From assembly GCA_965203315.1 (NCBI GenBank), contig OZ241857.1:576001-640000 (forward strand): a DNA stretch of 64,000 bases, given 5' to 3'. This document shows, in pieces, positions 10,305 through 19,980 of the stretch. This stretch comes from Nitrosopumilus sp. Its GTDB lineage: Archaea > Thermoproteota > Nitrososphaeria > Nitrososphaerales > Nitrosopumilaceae. The notes under the pieces are model-generated. The model had not been told where the DNA came from, made no database searches, and saw only the letters and a program-made list of their open reading frames with translations. Within the stretch, counting starts at the first letter, position 1, and every line of letters starts with the position of its first letter. The translations under genes were made by a program, and so were the position numbers.

Positions 10305-11210
10305 TTATCTTGATGTGTTATGGGTAGTAAGTGGCATCTGCTTCTTTATGATGTTGTACACCTTTTTACCATGTGTAACAAACTCTCGGTTGATATCACA
10401 ACCAATAAAATTTCGCCCATGTTTGTACGACATCTCTAACATTGTTGCTGATCCTAGAAAAGGCTCAAAGACAACATCATCTTTATCTGTTGTTGCTAGT
10501 AGTAACTTTTCAACGAGTCTCTCTGGAAATGTTGCCGTATGATTCTTTTTTGGTTGTGTCGGTATCAACCATACCTGATTTGCGAGTCGTTTTTTACCAC
10601 TCTTGCCTGTTACCATATATGGTTCTGGATTAAATTTGTACTTTCCACTTTTAGTAAAATGTAAGACATATTCAGAACTAGATCTAACTCTGTCCTTTGC
10701 ATTATCGGGCATAGGATTTGGTTTCTCCCAGATGATATTTTCACGCCAGATATATCCCATATCTACGAGACCTATTGCAATCCTAAATGGTAAACCACAT
10801 AATGATTTGGATTTAATTGTTTTATGATATGCAGTTACACAACTAGTGTTACCTTGTTTATCTGCATGTAGTCCATCTCGTATCCATGATTGATCCTTGT
10901 TGTTCTCCCAATGATTGTGATGTGTACGTGATATACCTGAACCCATGAAACTATCTTGAATCACAACAAACAATGAACCCGTAGATTTCATCTTGTCAAG
11001 TATCTTTGAGTATAGTTGAATATTTCTGTCCACATAATCTTCTAGTGTCTCTATGCCAAACTCTTGCTTGTTGTTTGTAAACTGTCTCTTGCCCCAGTAT
11101 GTTGGACTGGTAATACAGCATTGTATCATGTGGTCACTAATTTCATCGATACACTCTAGTGCGTTTCCATGATACAGAATACAGTCGCTCTGATCTACTA
11201 GCTTTTTCAT
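10305..11210 (-). CDS. beta-class amino DNA methyltransferase (N4-C/N6-A)
   Basis: TSPTYWG (variant of SPPY), IIWEKPNPMP, HTATFP, EPFLGSAT. Confidence 0.88.
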   Translation of the reverse strand: MKKLVDQSDCILYHGNALECIDEISDHMIQCCITSPTYWGKRQFTNNKQEFGIETLEDYVDRNIQLYSKILDKMKSTGSLFVVIQDSFMGSGISRTHHNHWENNKDQSWIRDGLHADKQGNTSCVTAYHKTIKSKSLCGLPFRIAIGLVDMGYIWRENIIWEKPNPMPDNAKDRVRSSSEYVLHFTKSGKYKFNPEPYMVTGKSGKKRLANQVWLIPTQPKKNHTATFPERLVEKLLLATTDKDDVVFEPFLGSATMLEMSYKHGRNFIGCDINREFVTHGKKVYNIIKKQMPLTTHNTSR

Positions 11211-11902
11211 TTTCTTCTCAACTCTAGAATATTTTGTCGTGTAGGATATATTACATTGTTAGATTCCGGATACGCTAAAGCACATTCTTCACATTTTGGA
11301 TCTTTGCAGAGTTTACATATTTTGTTCTTTTCGCGATTCACAAACGCAGATATTATCTGATAGTTACCAGTCGTGTTTCTGCCACCTTTAAAGAGCGGTC
11401 TTCTATGATCATAGTTTACTGTCTTTAATGACTTGCAAAAAGTATCTATGCCCATAGATATTCTTTCTTGTACTGGTATCTGTGTTATATTGCATAGTCC
11501 ATTACAACTGTCAAATATCTTTTGTTGGTCGTCATTTGAGAGGTTTTTGCGTTGATCTTCTACTCCCAGATAGATCTCAATATCACTTTGAGATGTACAA
11601 TATTTACATAACATTTCGACATCAAGTGCTACTGTCATACTATTTCGATCATCTCTTCCTTCGATTAGATATGGTTGATAACCTTCTTGGTGTTTCAAAT
11701 CATTATATGCTCTGTTTGGATCATTAAAAGTGGCATCGAGATCATTATGGATGTTAAGAGATCTGGGATAAACCTCTAGTATCTTACATAGTACAGTGAA
11801 TGCTCTCTTTATGTTTAGTCTAAAGGTACAAGTCTTGATACCACAAGTGATCTCTAGTGTATGATTAGAATCGTTTAGGACTCTATAACTGACATCATCC
11901 AT
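11207..11902 (-). CDS. HNH endonuclease, probable cognate restriction enzyme
   Basis: CNIT...YDHRRPLFKGG...N...NREKNKICKLC..CEEC; 4-bp overlap with the MTase. Confidence 0.75.
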   Translation of the reverse strand: MDDVSYRVLNDSNHTLEITCGIKTCTFRLNIKRAFTVLCKILEVYPRSLNIHNDLDATFNDPNRAYNDLKHQEGYQPYLIEGRDDRNSMTVALDVEMLCKYCTSQSDIEIYLGVEDQRKNLSNDDQQKIFDSCNGLCNITQIPVQERISMGIDTFCKSLKTVNYDHRRPLFKGGRNTTGNYQIISAFVNREKNKICKLCKDPKCEECALAYPESNNVIYPTRQNILELRRK

Positions 11903-11965
11903 TATTCAAAGTAACCGTATCCCATTATTAACCATATATTATTAGACATCTGATTTGATTTCGCT

Positions 11966-12270
11966 ATGTCTTACCATCTCTGTTATACTAGATCGTTGAG
12001 ATCCAAGGAATGACACTAGTACACCAATAACGATAACAACGATCAGTCCTGTATAGTCTTCGGCATATCGGCACGGCAGTAAACGATTCGGTAGCCGTTA
12101 CTGTAAGGGGGTCTCAATAGATGTCATATTTTGCAGGTAGTCCACTCCAACGATCAAAGATATCTCTGATCAAAAACAATACCACATCTCTAGATGGTGT
12201 AGTACTGTTTGCTCACCCACATCAAACTTCCACCACCTATTCCCCCATCTACGACAATAGTAATCATGGG
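11966..12270 (-). pseudogene. degenerate duplicate of the 3' end of the 1051-aa surface protein gene (15338..15649)
   Basis: ACTAGTACACCAATAACGATAACAACGATCAGTCCTGTATAGTC identical in both; alignment continues with indels to ATAGTAATCATGGG. Confidence 0.85.
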
Positions 12271-12296
12271 TTGGTTCTTTTAATTTAACTAGAGTT

Positions 12297-12480
12297 GGTA
12301 AATTGACAAATTTGGAAATAAATTTCAAAAATAACAATCTGTGTATTAAAATATAAAAATAAGAGAACGATTACACCTACATTGTCTAGTGCTTAAAAAA
12401 TTATAACAAATTAGGCATCGATAGATGTATTTTCAATTAATATGCGCCATTTATTATTGCCTTGTATTACAATTCCAACT
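12297..12480 (-). mobile_element. remnant of the IS6-type element at window start (right end plus last transposase codons)
   Basis: Reverse complement matches 428-608 (GGAATTGTAATACAAGG..AATAAATGGCGCATATT..GAAAAT ... CAAATTTGTCAATTTACC). Confidence 0.75.
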
Positions 12481-13004
12481 TTTATGTGACATTATGAAGT
12501 TATGGAAGAGTTTTGTCAACTTAGAGAAAACACAAAAACATAAAAAACCTTTAACAAAAAAGTAAAACTCTGGAATTAAAACGTATTTTATACAGCATAT
12601 GGTCTTACTACCGCTCACGTTCTTTTGGTTTCTGTGTATTTGTGTACAATTCTGTACAATTATGTACGAACGTACAATATTTTTGCAGTGTCTTTGTTTT
12701 TTATTTTTAATTCCAATAAATTACAGAGTACGTGTTATTTTTTCTGTAATTTAAAACATAACGGATTATTTTAATCAACAAATAGTGTTTATGTGAAAAT
12801 GAATTATACATAATATCTAGCCATAATTTTATTAGATAAACAAAATATAAAAAGTATATGATATAATGTCAGATGCGATTTTCGAGGCATGTGATTTTAT
12901 GCACGATATCCTTGTTTCAAAAATATTTTGTAAACATTCAGATCTAGTATTCATCTATTACGATTGTGGTAATTGTAGATTATGTCAATATGCAGAACAT
13001 AAGA

Positions 13005-13904
13005 TCAATCCGGAATGGCATTCATAAGTGTGGACGGATCTAACTTATATTTGATTGGCTCATATGATATTCCAAAGTAATCTAGATGTTTTGAAAAATG
13101 TTCCAGCATGTTCCCGTCTGCCATTGCAATCCATTTTATATTACGTTTATCTAACTCGGATTTGTTTTGATCCGATAATTTATCTGCAATAAATAATTGA
13201 GTATCTCTAGCTATTGCTCCATCAGCACTTTCTGGATTGCCAAGTCCCATTAATTTAACTTCGCATCTTATGTATTTTCCATCATCTCTGGTTAGAAAAA
13301 AATCAGATTCTCTAGGATTGTTCGATTCCGGAGTAATTTGATTTTGATAATGCTTCAAGTCAACTTTTAACAGTCGGCACAAGGTGTACATTAACGGCTT
13401 TTCAATCTGTTTGCCCATAGTGCTCCAAATGCCTCCTCTCAAACCTGCTCTCATAACAGCTATGGCATTTATCACTATCAATGACTCATCAATTGACAAG
13501 TTTATGCTGACTTGGTTTAATGTTATTGTTATTGATATGTTTATGTTATCCTCTTTAATTAAGTCATTTATGTGTTCCAATAAATCATCATAATGTTTTA
13601 TTGATGCGTCTAAAACTATAGATTTTGTTGTAGAATGATAAATATTGTTAATTGATTTCAAGTTCAATCCCGAATTCCAAGCAATATCCTCTTTGTCAAG
13701 ATCTTTTGATAGCATATTTTGTTTGTACCAATCATTAGTTATGGAGTTATTTTTTAGTTTTGCAGACACAATCTTGCTAAAGAAACCAATCACTCTGTCT
13801 AAAAATACCACATCAATATGTTTTTGTATGATTTCTCTATGATTTACCTCTAATAGTAAGCTCTTAATTATTTCTACTTTGTGCTCTCTAGACAATCTTT
13901 CCAT
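13005..13904 (-). CDS. Type II restriction endonuclease, CfrBI-like family
   Basis: RAGLRGGIWSTMGKQIEKPLM, RESDF, RCEVKLMGLGNPESAD (PD-(D/E)xK); overlaps the upstream MTase. Confidence 0.75.
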   Translation of the reverse strand: MERLSREHKVEIIKSLLLEVNHREIIQKHIDVVFLDRVIGFFSKIVSAKLKNNSITNDWYKQNMLSKDLDKEDIAWNSGLNLKSINNIYHSTTKSIVLDASIKHYDDLLEHINDLIKEDNINISITITLNQVSINLSIDESLIVINAIAVMRAGLRGGIWSTMGKQIEKPLMYTLCRLLKVDLKHYQNQITPESNNPRESDFFLTRDDGKYIRCEVKLMGLGNPESADGAIARDTQLFIADKLSDQNKSELDKRNIKWIAMADGNMLEHFSKHLDYFGISYEPIKYKLDPSTLMNAIPD

Positions 13905-15159
13905 TACGAACCAGTACTCTCTTTATTTCTTTGACATATTTGGATTCCTTTTCAATTAGTAAATATTTTCTATCATTTTCAATGCACGACATACCGACAG
14001 TACCAACACCTGCAAATGGATCCAACACTAGATCACCCACATAGGAATAAAATTTTACAACATCACTAGCTAGTTTTTTTGGAAACGTGGCAGGATGAAC
14101 TTTATTTGCGGTTGGTCCAATGTTCCAGACATTAGTCATCTCATAATCTTCTTTTATTTTACTAGATTCAATTATATCATCATCATATTGCTTCATATTC
14201 CAATCAATCAATTTATCCGTCTTTTTTCTATACACCATAACATACTCTACTATTAGGTTGGGTTTGTATCCTAATGGTTTACGATGCTGAAAGAAACCAC
14301 CGTTTCTATTTTTTGCAGATGGTGCAGGCTTTTTCCATATTATGTCATCAATAAATTCAAATCCAATCTTTTCAAGTCTTGCATGTATGTCAAACGGTAT
14401 TGCATATCTTTTACTCGAATGTTTTCTAGAAGTACGCGGAACAATTATGGGAGATGTGTTCAATACAAAAAATCGACCTTCAGATGTGATTCGGTATACT
14501 TCAGAAAATACTCGTTCAAGAAAGTCTAGATACTCTTCGTAGCTTTGATAAATCGAATAATCTCGTGCATTATAATAGGGCGGAGATGTAAAGGTCAAGT
14601 CGACAATCTCGCCATCGATCTTTTCAAGTACTGACAGTGCATCGTTGTGATAGATTCTGTTCTCGAACGTCTTTTTGTAATCAGAATCCACAACACCAGA
14701 ATTTGAGGATTTGGGTTGAATAAACTCTCGTATTAATTCGTTTTTATGTTTTTTGAGAATCTTTAAACGATTTTTGACTTTTGTGTCAGTTTTAAAACAA
14801 TTTAATGCTCTAAGAGTTTGTAATACTAGCTTTGGATCTGGATCATGAGATAATGATATCAGTACATCTACATTCTCTCTATTTCGTTGCCGACCGATAG
14901 TGGAGATTATCTCTCTCTTTACGATGGAGTTAGTTTCTTGATGGTAAAACTTTACAAGAAATTTAATGTCATGTGCAGTTAGAGTAGTTTGACCCAGCTG
15001 TTTTATTATCGTGATTTTTCTATCTTTGTTTACTTTTGATGTGTCTGTGGATTTTTGGTCAGATAACATGGATGTCAAATACTTTATAGTTTCGGACTTA
15101 CTTGATATGGTTTGAAGTCCTTTCAGTTTGGTGTTTCTATTCAGTGTGCTTTTCATCAT
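13888..15159 (-). CDS. N4-cytosine DNA methyltransferase with N-terminal HEAT-like repeats
   Basis: TSPPYY, HPATFP, DPFAGVGT; N-terminal helical repeats (IVKREIISTIG, DPDPKLVLQTLRAL). Confidence 0.88.
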   Translation of the reverse strand: MMKSTLNRNTKLKGLQTISSKSETIKYLTSMLSDQKSTDTSKVNKDRKITIIKQLGQTTLTAHDIKFLVKFYHQETNSIVKREIISTIGRQRNRENVDVLISLSHDPDPKLVLQTLRALNCFKTDTKVKNRLKILKKHKNELIREFIQPKSSNSGVVDSDYKKTFENRIYHNDALSVLEKIDGEIVDLTFTSPPYYNARDYSIYQSYEEYLDFLERVFSEVYRITSEGRFFVLNTSPIIVPRTSRKHSSKRYAIPFDIHARLEKIGFEFIDDIIWKKPAPSAKNRNGGFFQHRKPLGYKPNLIVEYVMVYRKKTDKLIDWNMKQYDDDIIESSKIKEDYEMTNVWNIGPTANKVHPATFPKKLASDVVKFYSYVGDLVLDPFAGVGTVGMSCIENDRKYLLIEKESKYVKEIKRVLVRNGKIV

Positions 15160-15310
15160 GATATTTAAAGATCCAATCTATTTAAGAGTTGATGAGATCG
15201 TTTGTAGAAGAATATTATCTCGATATGAAAGCATAATGATCTAAACCATTTGACTGAATACTAGATCACCATATTCGAGATTAGAGTAATTGTCTCACGT
15301 TGATCGCGTT

Positions 15311-18300
15311 TTAGCTCTCGGACGAACTAGATTTATCTGTCTTTACCATATACGATATCCTAGATCGTTGTGATATCATAAACGATACTAGTACACCAAT
15401 AACGATAACAACGATCAGTCCTGTATAGTCTGTTTGATACATCGGCACAGCAGTAAACGATTCGGTAGCTGTTACCGTAACAGGTTCTTGATAGAGGCCA
15501 TATTCTACAGGTAATCCGCTCCAACGATCAAAGACGTCTCTGATCAAAAACAATACAACATCACGAGATGGGGCATATAGGATTGTCTGTTCACCTCTGT
15601 CAAATGTTCCGCCACCGATACCTCCATCTACAATAATAGTAATCATGGGCTTGTATACAGCTTTTATCGATGTCGGTTGTAGAATGTTGATATCAAATCT
15701 ACTTTCAGTCTGTATTGTACCATCTGATATCTCGGACATGTTATACACATATCTGGTATCACCGATCTGTAGATCTTGTGGAAACGACACCTGTATAGGA
15801 CCACGTCGAACATACAGTTGATCAGGAGTCTCGACATTTCCCGTAACATCATCATACGATATATTGACTGTGGTTAGTATCTCCTCATCGTCTGTGTTTG
15901 CTGTACGAATAGTTACTAGTGTATCATCTAGTATTTGATACTGTTCTGATTTTTTCTTGGCGATATAACCCTCTTTGGTAAAATCTATTACAACATCATA
16001 GGTACCGGCACGAATGGGTTCTAGTACGATATTGTTTCCTTGTACATTAAACGGAATGTCCGATGTGACATCTATTGATATGTCCTCATCTATTCTCGTC
16101 GTAATGGTATATTTCATGTCTACATACAATACACTACTTCCAAAGTCAACCTGTAATTCATTGTCATCAAATGTATTGTAGAATATATCGACTGTACTAT
16201 TTGTCAGACCATATGGAGTACTAAACACATAGAATGCAGAGTCTTGATAACATTGATACATTGAACCATTACCAGTACAATCTGTATCTATCATGTGACT
16301 AATATCGGATATGGGTTTGTCATCTGCCATCAGATATGCATATACGGGAAATTGCTCCCCTGCACGTACTTTATCTGGTGATTCTAGCAATACTGCAAGA
16401 TCAGATATTGGTTCTGACTTTACAGTCTTTACGATATCATTGTTTATGGCAATTGCCGACATACTAGGAAATTTGATATCTGATTTGCCGTATATGATCG
16501 TGATTGGATTGTTCAATTTGATACGATCTTGTTCAAATTGTACTTCGTCTGATATCAGTCGTATATCGATACTACCAAATGTATCTTGAGGGTTTATGGT
16601 ATTACCATCAGAATCTTGAATCGATATCAAAAACATTGGATAGTACTCACCAGTCAAATGTGGTAATGGAGTCAGATGCAGATGGTACTCTTTTGATTCT
16701 GTTATCTTAACTGTACTAGTAGTTGTAGGTAGATTCGGTGCAGATACATGTATCTCATGCTCTCCTATTATACTACCAGATATTGGAATCAACATGGTCT
16801 GTGTATGTACACCATCATGTAGGAATATTTTCATAGTATCGTGCTCTAGATTCTGAGATGTAATGGTGTATGGTACGAGTTCTATACCAAACGCGGGAAA
16901 CTCTGATTCGTCCAAGATCTCATTACAGTCATCATATGTGTTTAGAATATCTAGTGCGTCCAAAGTACCATCAGGGTTGTTGAGTGTGTCATCTAATGTA
17001 TCCTCTCGTGTGTCATTCAGCAACAAATCTAGTTTGTATATTATATCTACGATATCATTTTCTACATTCAGTTTTAATGCAAGCTCTTTACAATATTCGA
17101 CTAGATCTCTTTCTTGTACCGTACTAAACATAGACACCAACAAGAATGCTGTAGAATCTGTACTTGGAGGGAATATCATACTCTTGAGACTGGTTGGCCG
17201 TTCATACTCTACTTGTTTTACTGGATCGTTGGTTTTGAATAGTTGTGCAGCAGTATACTTTACAGAGACATCGACATATGCAGTACCGTATCCAGGTACA
17301 GATACTGTTATGGTAGATGTACCTGGCCCATGTGTAAAGAACTTGTGATAAAATATACCATCGTTGATGGTAATCCTGGCATCATCATCTAACGAGTCTT
17401 GTGTGCTTGGGCCGTCTCCGAGTGATACTATTCTATCTCCAGAGACGTGTATTGTTCCAGATATTGGTACGGGCGTACGCATTATATTGTCATTTTCGTC
17501 AGTTATCCAACCAAATACATATCCAAACGAGTTTGCAGACACAGTATCAGACGATATGCCGATCTCTATCTTTGATGAATCTCCATTATATGTAATAGGT
17601 ACAGTATCGGATATTGATTGATCTGTGTATGCTGTTAGTGTACCTTGTCCATGTACTATAACAGTAAAGAAGGTATGTGCATCATCTTTAGGAATTGTGA
17701 TATAATCAGGTGCGTCGATATTTGTGCCAACTAACGATACTCGTATGTCAGATTCAGCGTATACGGGGTTGTTAAAATCATCGACAAGATATATCGCAGC
17801 TGTGATCTCTTGAGCAGACGTCTCTTCTGGTAGATACAGCTGTATGTTATAATCACTAGATATCGTATTGTGTATGGTACTGCTAGCCTTCCAAAAGTCT
17901 TGACCAACCTTTGCGATAATGTTTGCATCACCTATGCCGTGTGTCGTTATGTCAAATGTACCATGGTTTCTTCCTTGTGGTATTGTGATATAATCAGGAA
18001 TACGTAGAATGTCTGAGTCAGATGAGAGTTTCACTTGTACGGTATCAAGAGCTGCATCTCGTACAAATACGCCCTTGTATGTACCTTGCTGTAGTATGTG
18101 TCGCGGTACAAAGAGATTCTTTACCGCATCGACCTCTTGTTCTATGCTAGATGATATTGTTATCGGCTGTGAGAGTGTAATATTGTCGTATAGTACAGTG
18201 ACATTTGTCATACCTTGCTTGATGGGTGTGATATCAAATGATAGTGAGTGTTCACCTTTGTACCATATCTTTGTAACAGTCATGTTGATAAAATTTGAAT

Positions 18301-18466
18301 CAAACACAAATGTCACATCGGTCTTATCATCTGCGGCTGTTCTGACCAGCATTCCTTGATCTGTACTATCTACAAACATATTATTTGGTATGTTTAACTG
18401 ATCTGCATACGCGTCAACCGTTGTAATTATTACTATGCCCAACAAGATTAGTAAATACTTTGACAA
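15311..18466 (-). CDS. large acidic multi-Ig-like surface protein with C-terminal membrane anchor
   Basis: Signal peptide (AYA/D), beta-strand-rich repeats, C-terminal TM; SD-like AGGAGTG before TTG; follows the pilin gene. Confidence 0.8.
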   Translation of the reverse strand: MSKYLLILLGIVIITTVDAYADQLNIPNNMFVDSTDQGMLVRTAADDKTDVTFVFDSNFINMTVTKIWYKGEHSLSFDITPIKQGMTNVTVLYDNITLSQPITISSSIEQEVDAVKNLFVPRHILQQGTYKGVFVRDAALDTVQVKLSSDSDILRIPDYITIPQGRNHGTFDITTHGIGDANIIAKVGQDFWKASSTIHNTISSDYNIQLYLPEETSAQEITAAIYLVDDFNNPVYAESDIRVSLVGTNIDAPDYITIPKDDAHTFFTVIVHGQGTLTAYTDQSISDTVPITYNGDSSKIEIGISSDTVSANSFGYVFGWITDENDNIMRTPVPISGTIHVSGDRIVSLGDGPSTQDSLDDDARITINDGIFYHKFFTHGPGTSTITVSVPGYGTAYVDVSVKYTAAQLFKTNDPVKQVEYERPTSLKSMIFPPSTDSTAFLLVSMFSTVQERDLVEYCKELALKLNVENDIVDIIYKLDLLLNDTREDTLDDTLNNPDGTLDALDILNTYDDCNEILDESEFPAFGIELVPYTITSQNLEHDTMKIFLHDGVHTQTMLIPISGSIIGEHEIHVSAPNLPTTTSTVKITESKEYHLHLTPLPHLTGEYYPMFLISIQDSDGNTINPQDTFGSIDIRLISDEVQFEQDRIKLNNPITIIYGKSDIKFPSMSAIAINNDIVKTVKSEPISDLAVLLESPDKVRAGEQFPVYAYLMADDKPISDISHMIDTDCTGNGSMYQCYQDSAFYVFSTPYGLTNSTVDIFYNTFDDNELQVDFGSSVLYVDMKYTITTRIDEDISIDVTSDIPFNVQGNNIVLEPIRAGTYDVVIDFTKEGYIAKKKSEQYQILDDTLVTIRTANTDDEEILTTVNISYDDVTGNVETPDQLYVRRGPIQVSFPQDLQIGDTRYVYNMSEISDGTIQTESRFDINILQPTSIKAVYKPMITIIVDGGIGGGTFDRGEQTILYAPSRDVVLFLIRDVFDRWSGLPVEYGLYQEPVTVTATESFTAVPMYQTDYTGLIVVIVIGVLVSFMISQRSRISYMVKTDKSSSSES

Positions 18467-18490
18467 CTAAACACTCCTGATAATTTTACA

Positions 18491-18510
18491 TAAAAATAGA
18501 AAAAAGGGAA
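18491..18510 (-). terminator. oligo-T archaeal terminator/attenuator after the major pilin gene
   Basis: Minus strand TTCCCTTTTTTCTATTTTTA just after the pilin stop. Confidence 0.5.
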
Positions 18511-18522
18511 TTGATTGCATCT

Positions 18523-18999
18523 CTAAAAGCGTGTAACAGTCACTACACCCGTGGTCACTACTTGACTGCCATCAATGGTACCTGTCACTGTTATGGTATA
18601 AGAATCACCGATGTCCAAGTCATCAGAGTCGGGTATCGTACTAGTAAAGTAGTTTGTTTCACTGCTGTCCATGTTAGGAGTGTTGGCAAAAGTTATGTCA
18701 CATCCAGTGTCACAGTTTGCAGTAAAGTTTAGTACAGTACTGGTAGGACTAGCTATACCTAACGTAATTCCATTCAGAGTTACTGTTACGGAATCTACCT
18801 CTGATGTACCAACGTTCTTTACTTGAACAGTCAATACAGCGTCACTAGTGCCTGCCTTTTTGAGACTAGTCTCCCCAAGTTGCAGACCTTCGTTTGTTGC
18901 TCCACCGAATACACCAGAGCCAACTATGCCTAGCGCACCTGTAGCCATGACAGCTGTAAGTGCAAGCCAGATCAGATTCTCTTTGGTAAACTGTACCAC
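18523..18999 (-). CDS. probable major archaeal type IV pilin
   Basis: N-terminal hydrophobic helix, VQVKNVGT motif, IGDSYTITVTG C-terminal strand; GAGGAG SD upstream of GTG. Confidence 0.7.
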   Translation of the reverse strand: MVQFTKENLIWLALTAVMATGALGIVGSGVFGGATNEGLQLGETSLKKAGTSDAVLTVQVKNVGTSEVDSVTVTLNGITLGIASPTSTVLNFTANCDTGCDITFANTPNMDSSETNYFTSTIPDSDDLDIGDSYTITVTGTIDGSQVVTTGVVTVTRF

Positions 19000-19150
19000 C
19001 TATATCAGCTCCTCAATTTGTACAACGATATCTGTTGTTTGCATTGATGTGGTATACCTGATTTGTATTAAGGAGGAAATATACACATCACTAGCCAGAT
19101 CAGTAAAATTCATAATGTACGTATAATAGTCAATGTGAAATATAGTCAGG

Positions 19151-19828
19151 TTGGATATGGCAATCATACATGGTATTTCAGATAGTGAATTAGAGTTGCT
19201 AAGTCGTTTACCCAACGAGGTCGAAAGCATCTCTGATATCAATAGAGTCAAGAGGGAGTTTGAAGAAAAAATGACAAAGACGAAAGGATTTTGGGGTGGT
19301 TTAAAGCGTTGGAACTACCAACGCCAAATCAACAAATTCGATGGTAGAGAGTTCAAAGTTTGGTTGGCAGGTGCAATCGGTGAAAAAAGAGTCATAGATA
19401 GATTGTCACATCTAGATAACTCTTATCATGTCTTTGGGGGAATAAAACTTCAACCACGATATGGTGACTGGGCTCAAGTCGATTGTTCCGTAGTCGGTCC
19501 AACCGGCATATACATGATCGAGATCAAGAATTGGTCTGATCAATATGCACGTAATCCAATAGATGATCCACACGAACAGGCACAAAGAGCTGGTTTGGCA
19601 TTATACAAATCCATCAATCAGCTTTTTTGGCGTGGAAATATTAGAGTCACTAATGTCATACTGCCTATCAAGAACAATATAATTTACAGAAAAAGTTATC
19701 CACATGTATTAATTGTGAATATCAATAACATTAACACCTTTATCACAAACAACAAAAGGAATTACTTGGACACCAGTAAGATCAAAAAGATTGTTAGACA
19801 TCTATCTAGTCATACTAATTCATATTGA
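19151..19828 (+). CDS. NERD-domain nuclease
   Basis: GAIGEKRV...QVDCSVVGPTGIYMIEIKNW...PHEQA motif set. Confidence 0.85.
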   Translation: MDMAIIHGISDSELELLSRLPNEVESISDINRVKREFEEKMTKTKGFWGGLKRWNYQRQINKFDGREFKVWLAGAIGEKRVIDRLSHLDNSYHVFGGIKLQPRYGDWAQVDCSVVGPTGIYMIEIKNWSDQYARNPIDDPHEQAQRAGLALYKSINQLFWRGNIRVTNVILPIKNNIIYRKSYPHVLIVNINNINTFITNNKRNYLDTSKIKKIVRHLSSHTNSY

Positions 19829-19980
19829 TCTACTCTACTAGACTTTTATCAGCACACTCTGACATAAAATCAGAGCGTGTGGTTGAACATATTGTTATTT
19901 GAACAATTTCTGATATACCTGATCATTTTTTGACGTATTTTAAACGTTGAATTTGTATGCGATCATGATGCATTTGTGGA

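Noticed and set aside
19000-19251. 83-aa ORF directly upstream of and in frame with the pilin (possible read-through leader)
   Set aside because: Overlaps the NERD gene antisense and spans the pilin promoter; the pilin has its own SD and GTG
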